Shown piece by piece: positions 1 through 11,296 of a stretch of DNA of 64,000 nt (position 1 is its first letter; each line of letters opens with the position of its first letter). The position numbers were made by a program, and so were the translations under genes. The notes below the pieces were generated by a model, which was not told the DNA's origin, searched no databases, and saw only the letters and a list, made by a program, of their open reading frames with translations. This stretch comes from Squalus acanthias. Its lineage: Eukaryota. The stretch spans positions 182,590,001 to 182,654,000 of the forward strand of contig CM059427.1 in the NCBI GenBank assembly GCA_030390025.1, given 5' to 3'.

Positions 1-1562
1 TCACCATTGCAGCTGGGGAATTTAAATTCAGTTAATTAAATAAATCTGGAATAAAAATCTAGTATCAGTAATGATGACCATGAAACTACCGGATTGTCGT
101 AAAATCCCATCTGGTTCACTAATTTAGGGAAGGAAATCTGCCGTCCCTACCTGGTCTGGCCTATATGTGACTCCAGACCCACAGCAATGTGGTTGTCTCT
201 AAATTGCCCTCTGAAATGGCCTCGTAAGTCATTAAGTTGTAGCAAATCGTGACAAAACACAATAAGAAGAATAAAACCACCCGGATACGACCTAGGCACT
301 GGCAGCGGACACAAAAACGGCATACCCAGCCAAATCAACAGCCTGACATAGTCTTCCTCACAGAATCATACCTTTCAGCCAATGTCCCAGACTCCTCCAT
401 CACCATCCCTGGGTATGACCTGTCCCATCGGAAGGATACCCCCACCAGAGGTGGCGGCACAGTGGTATACAGTCAGGAGGGAGTGGCTCTGGGAGTCCTC
501 AACATTGACTCCAAACCCCATGGAATGGAAGTGCAGGAAGAACTATGCAGGCAAAACTATGAAATGAGTAAAAAACATTGAATAATAATGAGTCCTCAAC
601 ATTGACTCTGGACCCCATGAAGTCTCATGGCTTCAGGTCAAGCATGGGCAAAGGAACCTCCTGCTGATTACCACCTACCGCCCTCCCACAGCTGATGAAT
701 CAGTACTCCTCCATGTTGAACACCACTTGGAAGAAGTACTGAGGGTAGCAAGGGCACAGAATGTACTCTGGGTGGGGGACTTCAATGTCCATCATCAAGA
801 ATGGCTCGGTAGCACAACTACTGACCGAGCTGGCAGAGTCCTGAAGGACATAGCTGCCAGACTGGGCTTGCGGCAGGTGGTGAGAGAACCAACATGAGGG
901 AAAAACATACTTGACCTCACCAATCTACCTGCCGCAGATGCATCTGTCCACGGCAGCATTGGTAGCAGTGACCACCGAAGTCCCGCCTTCACACTGAGGA
1001 CACCCTCCATCATATTGTGTGGCACTTCCACCGTCCTAAATAGGATAGATTCAAAACAGATCCAGCAGCTCAAAACTGGGCATCCATGAGGGGCTGTGGG
1101 CCATCAGCAGCAGCAGAATTGTATTGCATCACAATCTGTAACCTCATGGCCTGGCATATCCCTCACTCTACCATTACCATCAAGCCAGGGGACCAACCCT
1201 GGTTCAATGAGGAGTGTAGAAGAGCATGCCAGGAACAGCACCAGGCATACCTAAAAATGAGGTGCCGCCTGGGGAAGCTGCAACACAGGACTACATGCAT
1301 GCTAAACAGCGGAAGCAGCATGCTATAGACAGAACTAAGCAATCTTACAATCAATGGATCAGATTAAAGCTCTGCAGTCCTGCCACATCCAGTCGTGCAT
1401 GGTGGTGGACAATTAAGCAACTAACGGCAGCACGAGGCTCCATGAATATCCCCATCCTCAATGAAGGCGGCTCACCACCACTTTCTGAAGGGCAATTAGG
1501 GATGGGCAATAAATGTTGACTTTGCCAGTGACACCCACATCCCAGGAACGAATAAAAAAAAA
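1..1562 (+). mobile_element. Decayed CR1/L2-group LINE: 5' region, APE endonuclease remnant, internal deletion, then 3' tail
   Basis: PDIVFLTESYL, PGYDLSHRKD..RGGGTVVY, GDFNVHH, PWFNEEC and WWWTIKQL motifs split by frameshifts. Jumps at ~1464 to a 3' tail ending gaataaaaaaaaa; the same tail recurs at ~42935-43050. Confidence 0.8.
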
Positions 1563-2445
1563 ATGATCCTTTCCGCTAGGACACTGGTCCCAGCCCGGTG
1601 CAGGTGGAGCACATTCCATGAAATGAAACCCCTCCTTCCCACACCAGTCTTTGAGCCACGCATTAACCTTCCTGATCTGTCTATCCCTATGTCAATTAGC
1701 ATGTGGCTCGGGGAGTAATCCCAAGGTTACCACTCATGAGGTCCTGTTTTTTAATTTGGTTCCTAATTTGCGATATTCCCTTAGCAGGACCGCCTTCCTT
1801 TTCTTCCCGATCTCCCAAGATGGACGACAACAAACTGGATCTTCCCCTTCCCTTTCCAAGTTCCTGTCTACTCTGAGATATCCTTTACCTTTGCACCTGG
1901 TCGGCAACACACCCTCCTGGAATCTCGGTCACGACTGCAGAGGACATTATCTATCCCCTAATTATCGAATTCCCTATGACTACAATCTTTCTATTCTCTT
2001 TCTCCCCCCTTGGACTGCCTCCTGCTCCAGGTTACCATGGTTAGCATTCTGGCCATCCTCCTTGCAGCCTTCATCCTTATCCCCACAGATAGCACGCATC
2101 TCGTACCTGTTGGCTAGGACCAGTGTCTGTGGGACCTCTTTCTCTATCTCCCCTCGTTCCCCTTCCCCTGCAGACTGACAGTCACACTCTCCTCTTCCTG
2201 CACCAGTGCTTTCCTCTGAGATGTGACTGTACTCTGGAGAAAACTATCCAGATATTCCCCCCTCCCAATGTGTCGGAGTGTCTCGAACTCGCAATCCGAC
2301 TCAAGGACTCTGAGCTGGAGTGTCGCAAGGTAGAGACATTTCCTTCAGATGTGGCAATCCGGGAGAGTCTCGCTGTCCACAAACTCCCACATTTTACAGA
2401 CCGAACACATAGCCTGCACGATCATTTCTTGTTTTCATTTATTAA
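1563..2445 (-). pseudogene. CR1 LINE ORF1 remnant (zinc finger/leucine zipper plus SGNH esterase)
   Basis: Minus strand reads MCSVCKMWEFV... and VVIGNSIIRG...RVCCRPGAKVKDISE, similar to the ORF1 at 8455-8889. Disrupted by stops and frameshifts. Confidence 0.7.
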
Positions 2446-2853
2446 TGAATTTATTTTTTTGTAGTAATTTAATTCTAGAACCAATAGAAACACTTGGGGG
2501 TAGAAATTAGGTCGCGCCCCATTTGGGGCGCAAATATCGTCCGCGCGCAAATATTAGCGCCTGGCGCTAATTATCGGCACTGACAGGAAACTTCACTTTT
2601 ACCGCCCCGGGAGGTGAGTGGAGCGCTAAATTAGGCGCTGCACACCTCTCTTAAGGCGCAAAGGCCTAGGAGTGAGGCGCTAACTCAGCGCACGAGCGCA
2701 GCGCAGCTGCTGCCAGTTAGCGCGGGAACACAGACACACTGACGCCGGACACTTCTTAAAGCGGGGGGGGCCACTTGCTCCCCAGCCACACCCTGCTCAT
2801 TGCAGCCTTGAATCTCAGCCTGGAGAGACCTGTAATCCATTTTGCTGCCAAGA

Positions 2854-4925
2854 ATGGAGAGGGTGAGAGAACGCGCTCATCGCTTCACCGAGCGGGCCTT
2901 GGATGCTCTGGTTGACGCAGTGGAGCGCAGACGATGCATGCTGTTCCCAGAGAGTGGCAGGAGGCCTTTGCCACGCGAGTTCAGAAGAGTGTGGAGGGAG
3001 GTGGCTCAGAGCGTCTCCTCCAGGAGCATGGTGCCCAGGACCCATGTCCAGTGCCGCAAGAAGTTCAACGACCTCACTCGGGTCGTCAGGGTGAGTGGCT
3101 TTTTCTCAATACCTCTCCATCCCTCCATCTCAACCTCACTCTATGGCCAGAGGGTCTTAAAACCCCAATGCACAACACTCATCCAACACCTATGGCCCTT
3201 TCATCAAACACACACACACATTCCACACTTTGCATACAGTAAGGGCTATTCACCTATGGGAGGCACATCAGGCAAGACCATGGCTGCATATTGTAAGGGC
3301 TATTCACCTATGGGAGGCACATCAGGCAAGACCATGGCTGCATATTGTAAGGGCTATTCACCTATGGGAGGCACATCAGGCAAGACCATGGCTGCATATT
3401 GTAAGGGCTATTCACCTATGGGAGGCACATCAGGCAAGACCATGGCTGCATATTGTAAGGGCTATTCACCTATGGGAGGCACATCAGGCAAGACCATGGC
3501 TGTATATTGACTCAGATGCTGTCCTTTTTCTTGCAGGCTAAGCTGGCTCATAATCGGAGACAGCAGCAACGGACGGGTGGAGGGCGGCTTCAGCTGCAAC
3601 CCCTCAGCGATCTGGAGGAGCGCGTCCACAGGATTGTGGCAAGCCGGGTGATCGGTCCCGTCGCCACTGGAGACGCCGACCCCGTTGTGGACAGCAATGG
3701 TAAGGTCATCACCTTTTTGTCCTCTGTCCTTCCACTTGTCCCTCACAATACCAGCCTTTGACACTTTCAATCCAACTTGCTAACTCGCTGCACTTATTCC
3801 TCCCTTACTGCCACCCTGTCCTCACGCTAAAGCCACTCTTGTACCTCCCTGCTTTCAGATGGTGATTCACCAGCTGAGGAGATGGTCCCTGAAGCTGCCA
3901 CTGGGAGTGATGCTGCAGCTGAGGAGGAAGAGGAAGCCGGAGCATCAGTGCCACCCTCTCCCGAGGAAGCCCATGGCCACACTGGGAACACGCCTTCCCC
4001 GGAGGGGAGCAGGGGGGAAGGGGCTGATGATGGTGAAGTTCCAGGACCCAGCGGGCTGCAGCAACGCCATGGGGGGGGGAGGGAAGAACGGGGGAGCAGG
4101 GGGGAAGGGGCTGATGATGGTGAAGTTCCAGGACCCAGCGGGCTGCAGCAACGCCATGGGGGGGGGAGGGAAGAACGGGAGCCTTCTCCCCAGAGGGAGA
4201 GTATGCCAGACACTCCTAATGCAATGGACGCAGAGGAGGAGCGGATGATTGCAGAAATGAACAGCCAGGCGGTGGTCATGCACACTGAGCTCATGGGTGC
4301 AGTGGGAAGGGTGCCCGAATGCATTGAGGCACTGGCAAGGAGTGTGGAGCACTTCGCTGTAGCACAGGCGGATGCCACACTAAAGCTTACTGCTGCAATT
4401 CAGTCACTGGCTGCCAGGAACCCATCTGAGCCTGCTCTCATGCAGACTCAGATTGAGGCCACGCGAGCACTGACTGCTGCCATCCTCGATGGTTCGTGCA
4501 CATGTCCCCGGGGCTGTCACCGCGCCGCAGCAGGCCAGCAATCTGTTCTCAGGCAAATTGCTCCGGATGCTGAAGTGCTGCCCCGTGGGAGTGCCAGTGT
4601 GTCGGGCGAGCAGGGAGTTGCTGTCCTCTCTCACGATGACAGCATTCCTGCTGCCAACACTGTCACTTCTCCACTGCACTTGCCACCGCCTGTAGGACAG
4701 ACTGCTGCCGCCCATGCAGAGTTGGTGCAGTCTGCAGCCGGGCCCTCCAGGCCCAGAAGTGGTCGAGGCCGGCCTTCAGGGGCATCTGCAGTGTCAGGGT
4801 CTGACAAGCAGCAGCCTTCCACCAGCCTTGCTGCAGCCACTGAGGTCCCATTACGGAGGAGCAGTAGGGTTAGAAGGGGGGAAGTGCGCAAGGGAAGGAG
4901 ATCACCCTCGAAGGGCAAAAAGTAG
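2854..4925 (+). CDS. Harbinger Myb/SANT-like DNA-binding protein; exons 2854-3090, 3537-3699, 3859-4925; 488 aa
   Basis: Exon 1 encodes RAHRFTERALDALVDAVERRRCMLF...WREVAQSV...RTHVQCRKKFNDL. Splice sites AGG|gtgagt, ttgcag|, ATG|gtaagg and tttcag| join all exons in frame (237+163+1067 nt). Exon 2 has the typical RQQQRTGGG motif; the C-terminus is basic and NLS-like. Confidence 0.9.
3240..3509 (+). repeat. 5 x 54-bp tandem repeat in intron 1 of the Myb gene
   Basis: Unit taagggctattcacctatgggaggcacatcaggcaagaccatggctgcatattg; near-perfect, with one substitution in the last copy. Confidence 0.95.
4004..4182 (+). repeat. In-frame 87-bp (29-aa) tandem duplication in Myb exon 3
   Basis: GSRGEGADDGEVPGPSGLQQRHGGGREER occurs twice; copies start at 4004 and 4091. 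Confidence 0.95.
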
Positions 4926-5219
4926 GATGTGTGCCAAAATGCTGGTCATTTTTTTATTAAAGGCCGAGGTTCATGGCCCAACTTTTGTTTAGTGTTTTGG
5001 ACATTATCTCCAGGTTGTGAGAACCAGTTATGTTATTGACTGTTTTTTGGTGTTTATTTCTATGAGTTTCTCATGAGGAATTGACACACACAGAGTTTGT
5101 ACAATAAATAAGTTTCTGTATTCAAAATATACATGGCTGGTGGTTGGAATTATTGGTGCCTTGGCCGGCTTAGGGGTTGCGTGCTGGGTTGATTCGTGTT
5201 TGTAGCACTGGCAGGGGTC

Positions 5220-6380
5220 CTAGAAGCGGCTTGCTATTAGTCGTTGACGGACGGCCCTTGCAGTTTGACCATTGTGGGCCGCCCTCCTGCCTTGGTGCTG
5301 CTGCTGATCATCGTCCTCGGCCTGTTCCTCCTCTTCCTCCTCCTCCTCTTGTGGTGCTGCAAGGCCTGGTGGCATTGGCTGCGTCCTGAGGATTGCCATG
5401 TTGTGCAACATGCAGCACACCACTACGAATTTGGAAACTTGCTCAGGCGAGTACTGCAGGGCTCCTCCGGAATGGTCCAGACAGCGGAATCGTTGTTTGA
5501 GCACGCCGATTGTGCGCTCAATAATGTTCCTCGTTGCTTGTTGGCTTTCCTGGTACCGCAGCTCAGCAGGGGTGTTTGGCGCACGGAGCGGTGTCATCAG
5601 CCAGGTGCTCAATGCGTACCCCTTGTCCCCCAGAAGCCAACCAACTGGCTGATGCGGTGCCTCGAAAATTTCTGCCACAGTACTCTGGCGCAGGATGAAA
5701 GCATCGTGGCAGCTGCCCGGATAGTGGGCATTGACAGCGAGAATCACCTGTCTGTGGTCACAGACCAACTGCACATTCAAGGAATGGAACCCCTTTCTGT
5801 TCCGGAACTCCTCTGCATTCTCTCGCGGAGCACGCAAAGCCACATGCGTGCAGTCAATGGCGCCCTGCACCATGGGGAAGCCCGCTACCCTCGCAAAGCC
5901 CATAGCACGGTCATGCTGCTTGTCTGGGGTCATAGGGAAGGAGATGAAGTCTCGTCTCCTTGTGAAGAGGGCATTGGTGACCTGCCGAATGCAGCGATGC
6001 ACCGCAAACTGGGAGATATTGGCGAGGTCCCCAACAGCAGCTTGGAATGAGCCAGTGGCGTAGAAGTTCAAGGCCACTGTGACCTTCACTGCCACCGACA
6101 GAGACGTCCTGGACCTCAGCTGAGGCTGCAGATCTGGCTGCAGCAGGTGGCAGAGCTCAGTGACCACCTCCTTGCTGAATCGCAGCCTTCGCAAACACAG
6201 CTCCTCGGACATGTGGATGTAGGAGAGCTGTTCACGATATACCCTGGGAGGGTAAGCTCTCCTGTACATGCGCCTGATGGGCCTCCTCCGTCTGGCCATC
6301 ATTGCCACTCTCTGTCTGCGTCTCACTCTGCTCCGATTGAGCTGGAGCAGGACGACGCCCCCAATCATTGCAGCCCCCAT
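5220..6380 (-). CDS. PIF/Harbinger DDE transposase (HARBI1-like, DDE_Tnp_4 type), 386 aa, intronless
   Basis: GAIDCTH, FRNRKGFHSLNVQLVCD, PGSCHDAFI, LLGDKGY and RNIIERTIGVLKQRFRCL give an intact D-D-E triad. HTH-like region ALNFYATGSFQ; Arg-rich N-terminus. Confidence 0.95.
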   Translation of the reverse strand: MGAAMIGGVVLLQLNRSRVRRRQRVAMMARRRRPIRRMYRRAYPPRVYREQLSYIHMSEELCLRRLRFSKEVVTELCHLLQPDLQPQLRSRTSLSVAVKVTVALNFYATGSFQAAVGDLANISQFAVHRCIRQVTNALFTRRRDFISFPMTPDKQHDRAMGFARVAGFPMVQGAIDCTHVALRAPRENAEEFRNRKGFHSLNVQLVCDHRQVILAVNAHYPGSCHDAFILRQSTVAEIFEAPHQPVGWLLGDKGYALSTWLMTPLRAPNTPAELRYQESQQATRNIIERTIGVLKQRFRCLDHSGGALQYSPEQVSKFVVVCCMLHNMAILRTQPMPPGLAAPQEEEEEEEEQAEDDDQQQHQGRRAAHNGQTARAVRQRLIASRF

Positions 6381-6570
6381 CTTCTCTTTGCCAGAAAAGT
6401 AATGAGGTACAGCAACGAAAGTAGCAGCAAAGTTAGGATGAACTAGGCAAAACTACCTCACAAAGCGTTGAGTCAATGTAGAAGTCTCTCTCTCTCTCTC
6501 TCCGAATCTCTCTCTCTCTCTCAGAACGAGTGGTGCATAAATGTCGACCACAGAAAAAGACAGGAAGAGG

Positions 6571-6584
6571 CCCCCTTTAAATAG
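6571..6584 (-). promoter_or_regulatory. TATA-like box upstream of the transposase
   Basis: CTATTTAAAGGGGG on the minus strand ~200 bp upstream of the ATG; the tttaaatagcgc core is retained in the derivative element at ~51101. Confidence 0.45.
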
Positions 6585-6912
6585 CGCCCCCCCCAGCCCC
6601 AGACCGATTGATAACGTTCCAGTCTTCCGGTCGTTGGAAGCGCCAGGCGGTAAGGCAGGGGGCGCCACTCAATTTCCGCTCCGGGGCGCCCCAAGGGCGT
6701 TGCACCACAGAATGACGTCACAATCTGCGCGCGCAGGTGGTCGCAGCGGTAAGTTTTAGCGCCGCCGCACAATCTCAAGTTAAGTTCTCGAGCGGCGCAA
6801 ACAGCGCTGCGCCCAGGCGTTAGCGCCTTAACGCCCCATTAGCGCCCATTTAAGGCGCTAACGGGAGGCGCAACCAACTGAATTTTTACCCCTTGAAGTC
6901 TAGATTATATTT

Positions 6913-7150
6913 AGGAACATAGGAACAGGAGTAGGCCATTTAGCCCCTTGAGCCTGTTCTGCCATTCAATGAGATCATGGCTGATCTGTGGCCTAACTCC
7001 ATATACCCGCCTTTGCCCCATATCCCTTAATACCTTTGGTTAACAGAAATCTATCAATCTCAGATTTACAATTAACAATTGACCCAGCATCAATTGCTGT
7101 TTGCTGAAGCAAGTTCCAAACGTCTTCCACCCTTTGCATGTAGAAGTGTA
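6913..7150 (-). mobile_element. CR1 LINE 3' tail fragment
   Basis: ggaacataggaacaggagtaggcc...ccattcaat..gatcatggctgatc matches the reverse complement of CR1 3' UTRs elsewhere in the window. Confidence 0.75.
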
Positions 7151-7454
7151 GATGGAGCTTAGCTTGATTTTAAACTAATTGGTTATTAATTATTCAGAAT
7201 ATTTATTTATTTAACTATTTATTTATAGTTTATAGTTAAAATTAGAGTGTGGATAGTAAATTAAATACTTGGCTTAATTTCCTCGAGATCTGCTGCTCCT
7301 CACTCTGCGCTGACTATGACATTAATTTGAGATTTTTCTCTGGGTTTGTTTAACTGTTGGGCTGGGCTGTTGTGGGTCACTTTTTAAACTGTTCCGATTT
7401 CCTGCTTTTTATGCATTATCATTTTCTAAAAAATGAAATCAGCCTTCAATGTTT

Positions 7455-7912
7455 CTGAGTTGAGGATAGCACTCTCGTCTCTGAGTCAGAAGGTTGTGGG
7501 TTCAAGTCCCACTCCAGAGACTTGAGCGCAAAAATCTAGGCGGACACTCCAGTGCAGTGCTGAGGGAGCGCTGCACTGTCGGAGGTGCCGTCTTTCGGAT
7601 TAGATGTTAAACCGAGGCCCCTTCTGCCCGCTCAGGTGGACGTAAAAGATCCCATGTCACTATTTTGAAGAAGAGCAGGGGAGTTATCCCCAGTGTCCTG
7701 GCCAATATTTATCCCTCAATCAACATCACAAAAACAAATTATCTGGTCATTATCACATTGCTGTTTTGTGGGAGCTTGCTGTGCACAAATTGGCTGCCGC
7801 GTTTCCTACATTACAACAGCGACTACACTTCAAAAAGTACTTCATTGGCTGTGAAGCGCTTTGGGCACATCCGGTTGTTGTGAAAGGCGCTATATAAATG
7901 CAAATCTTCCCT
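7455..7912 (+). mobile_element. tRNA-derived Deu-domain SINE (SacSINE1-like), full length
   Basis: B-box ggttcaagtccc, Deu-like core aaagatcccatg...gtgtcctggccaa, and an L2-like tail gtgaaaggcgctatataaatgcaa. Confidence 0.8.
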
Positions 7913-8267
7913 TTTTTTCTTTGGATCTCACATTCTGTTCATGTAATTTTGTAGACTAATAAGATTCTGGAAAGACTGGTTCATTTGAACTGTTGTTTAA
8001 TTTGTATACCTTTCACATAACCTGCAGCCAAGATCAATTGGATACCTTTTCATTCTACATGCCACAAGTGAAAAAAGACTTTTTAAAGGGCAATTCATTC
8101 TAGATTACATTGTTTTGATTAACATTTAAATCACTACTGTAATCGTTAATTTTCTGTTGTAGTTGTCTGACCACTCAATGATCAATACAAGTACAAAATC
8201 AAACTGCACGGACTCCCCCTCCTATCCACTGCCTGCAATTTGTTACTAATTGCCCATAGGATATCTC

Positions 8268-8400
8268 AACAACAACAACAGCAACTTGTATTTATATAGC
8301 GCCTTTATATAGCGCTGCACAGGAGACAAAAAATTTGACACCGAGCCACCTAAAGAGAAATTAGGGCAGGTGACCAAAAGCTTGGTCAAAGAGGTAGGTT
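8268..8400 (-). mobile_element. L2 LINE 3' end fragment
   Basis: (aac)n tail plus the reverse complement of the L2 3' end seen at 61100-61248. Confidence 0.7.
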
Positions 8401-8454
8401 TCAATAGTTAGGGGAGCAGACAGACGTTTCTGCGGCCGCAGACGTGACTCCAGG

Positions 8455-8889
8455 ATGGTATATTGCCTCCCTGGTTCCAGGGTCAAGGATATCACTGAAC
8501 GGCTGCAGGGCATTCTGAGGAGGGAGAGTGAACAGCCGGAGGTCGTGGTCCATATCGGTACCAACGACATAGGTAGGAAGAGGGATGAGGTCCTGCAGGC
8601 AGAGTTTAGGGAGCTAGGAAAGAGATTAAAAAGCAGGACCTCAAAGGTAGTAATCTCTGGAATACTACCAGTGCCACGTGCTAGTGAGTTCAGAAATAGG
8701 AAGATAGAGCAGATGAATACGTGGCTGGAGAGATGGTGTAGGAGGGAGGGCTTTAGATTCCTGAGGAATTGGAACCGTTTCTGGGGGAGGCGGGACCTCT
8801 ACAAGCCAGACGGGTTGCACCTCAACGGGAACGGGACCAATATCCTTGCGGGAGGGTTTACTAGTGCTGTTGGCGAGGGTTTAAACTAG
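8455..8889 (+). pseudogene. CR1 ORF1 SGNH esterase domain (partial)
   Basis: CLPG, VVVHIGTND and DGLHLN motifs. Confidence 0.85.
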
Positions 8890-11296
8890 CTTGGCAGGGG
8901 GATGGGTACCTAAGTAGAGTCAATAGGGAGGGAAGAAAAACTGTAATTAGAAAACAAAAATGTAGAAAATAAATTGGAAGGACAGAGGAATCAAGGGCTA
9001 GATAGTAGTCAACAAGGAGGTTTGTCTGTACTAAATGGTATATACTTCAATGCAAGGAGTATAGCAAACAAGGCAGATGAGCTGAGGCACAGGTAGATAC
9101 TTGAGACTATGATATTATAGCTATTACAGAGATGTGGCTGAAAGAGGGGCAGGTATGGCAGCTCAACATTCCTGGTTGCAGGATTTTCAGACGGGCTAGA
9201 AAGGGAGGTAAAAAGGGAGGGAGGGTCGCGGTATTGATTAAAGAAACTATTACAGCTGTGAGGAGGGATGATATGTTGGAGGGATCGTCAAACAAGGCCA
9301 TATGGGTAGAATTGAAAAAAAAAAGGGGCGATCACACTGCTGGGAGTGTACTACAGACCCCCAAACAGTGAGAGGGAGATAGAAGAACAAATATGTAGAC
9401 AAATTTCTGAGAAGTGCAAAAACTATAGGGCAGTAATAGTAGGGGATTTAAACTACCCCAATATTAACTGGGATAAAATTAGTGTGAAGAGTATAGAAGG
9501 TGCAGAATTCCTAAAATGCATCCAGGAGAACTTTTTTAGCCAGTATGTAGCAAGCCCAACAAGGGAGGGGCTGGTTCTGGACTTAGTTTTAGGGAATGAA
9601 GCTGGGCAGGTAGAAGGCGTATCAGTGGGGGAGCATTTTGGTGCTAGTGACCATAATTGTGTTAGATTTAAGGTAGTTATGGAAAGGGACAAGGATAGAC
9701 CAGGAATAAAAATTCTAAATTGGGGAAAAGCAAATTTTGCTAAGCTCAGAGGGGATTTAGCCACAGTGGACTGGAAACAGCTACTTGAAGGTAAATCAGT
9801 GTCAGAGCAGTGGGAGGAATTCAAGGAGGAGATCCAGAGGGTTCAGACCAAATATGTGCCCTTAAAGAAAAAAGGTGGGACTAACAAATCTAGAGCCCTG
9901 GAGAAATCTAGAGACATACAGGGTAGGATAATGACAAAAAGGGAGGCGTATGACAGATACCGAGGGCTAAATACTCCAGAATCTTTAGAGGAGTACAGAA
10001 TGTGCTGGGGTGCAATTAAAAGGATATTAGGAAAGCAAGGAGAGAGCATGAAAAATTCTTGACAAGTAAAATCAAGGAAAACCCAAAGATGTTTTATAAA
10101 TATATTCAGAGTAAGAGGATAACTAAAGAAAGGGTAGGGCCTAGTAGAGATCATGAGGGTAATCTGTGTTTGGAGGCAGGAGACGTCGGTAGGGTTCTTA
10201 ATGAATACTTTGCGTCTGGTTTCACGAAGGAGAGGGTGAAGAAGACACTGCTATCAGGGGGGAGGAGTGTGAAATATTAGATGAAATAAACATAGTGAGA
10301 GAGGAAGTATTAAGGGGTTTAGCAGCTTTAAAAGTGAATAAATCCCCAGGCCCGGATGAAATGTATCCCAGGCTGTTAAGTGAAGCAAAAGAGGAAATAG
10401 CAGAGGCCCTGACCATCATTTTTCAATCCTCTCTGGCTTCAGGTGTGGTGCCGGAGACTGGAGGACTGCTAATGTGGTACCCTTGTTTAAAAAGGGAGAA
10501 AAGGATAGACTGAATAATTACAGGCCAGTCAGCCAAACCTCGGTGGTGGGCAAATTATTGGAAAGAATTCTGAAGGACAGGATAAATCTTCATTTAGAAA
10601 GACACGGATTAATCAAAGATAGTCAGCACAGATTTGTTAAGGGAAGGTCGTGTCTGAAAAACTTGATTGAATTTTTTGAGGAGGTAACAAGGAGGGTAGA
10701 TGAGGGTAGTGCATTTGATGTAGTGTATATGGACTTTAGCAAGGCTTTTGATAAGGTTCCACATGGCAGACTGGTCACGAAGTTAAAAGCCCATGGGATC
10801 CAAGGCAAAGTGTCAAGTTGGATTCAAAACTGGCTCGGAGACAGGCAGCAGAGGATAATGGTTGATGGGTGTTTTTGTGACTGGAAGGTTGTTTCCAGTG
10901 GGGTTCCGCAGGGCTCAGTACTAGGTCCCTTGCTTTTTGTGGTATATATCAATGATCTTGACTTGAATATAGGGGGTATGATTAAGAAATTTGCAGATGA
11001 TACTAAAATCGGCTGTGTGGTTGATGCTGAAGAAGGAAGCTGTAGACTGCAGGAAGATATCAATAAATTGGTCAGGTGGGCAGAACAGTGGCAAATGGAA
11101 TTCAATCTGGAGAAGTGTGAGGTAATGCATTTGGAGAGGGCTAACAAGGAAAGGGAATACACATTAAATGGTAGGACACTGAGTAGTGTAGAGGAACAAA
11201 GGGACCTTGGAGTGCATGTCCACAGATCCCTGAAGGTAGCAGGCCAAGTAGATAAGGTGGTTAAGAAGGCATACGGAATGCTTGCCTTTATTAGCC

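Larger units (their letters stand above)
2497..6892. mobile_element. Autonomous-type PIF/Harbinger DNA transposon
   Basis: Imperfect TIRs GGGGTAGAAATT / AATTTTTACCCC, 3-bp TSD TTG at 2494-2496 and 6893-6895, GC-rich subterminal GGCGC repeats, convergent Myb/SANT and transposase genes. Confidence 0.95.

Noticed and set aside
3240-3509. CRISPR-like array
   Set aside because: Head-to-tail identical units with no unique spacers, in a eukaryotic intron, with no cas genes.
2842-3510. 222-aa single-exon ORF as the true Myb protein
   Set aside because: It reads through a consensus donor at 3091; the spliced model restores the conserved RTGGG segment and long C-terminus.
5244-6063. Plus-strand ORFs of 268 and 110 aa
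   Set aside because: Antisense shadows of the GC-rich transposase.
5220-6380. Host HARBI1 gene (and NAIF1/MSANTD for the Myb ORF)
   Set aside because: Enclosed by TIRs and a TSD, paired with its Myb partner, and related MITEs are present; this is a transposon, not a domesticated gene.
7465-7520. tRNA genes at SINE heads (also ~14960-15034, ~41630, ~52870-52938)
   Set aside because: A/B boxes continue into SINE bodies and there is no complete cloverleaf.
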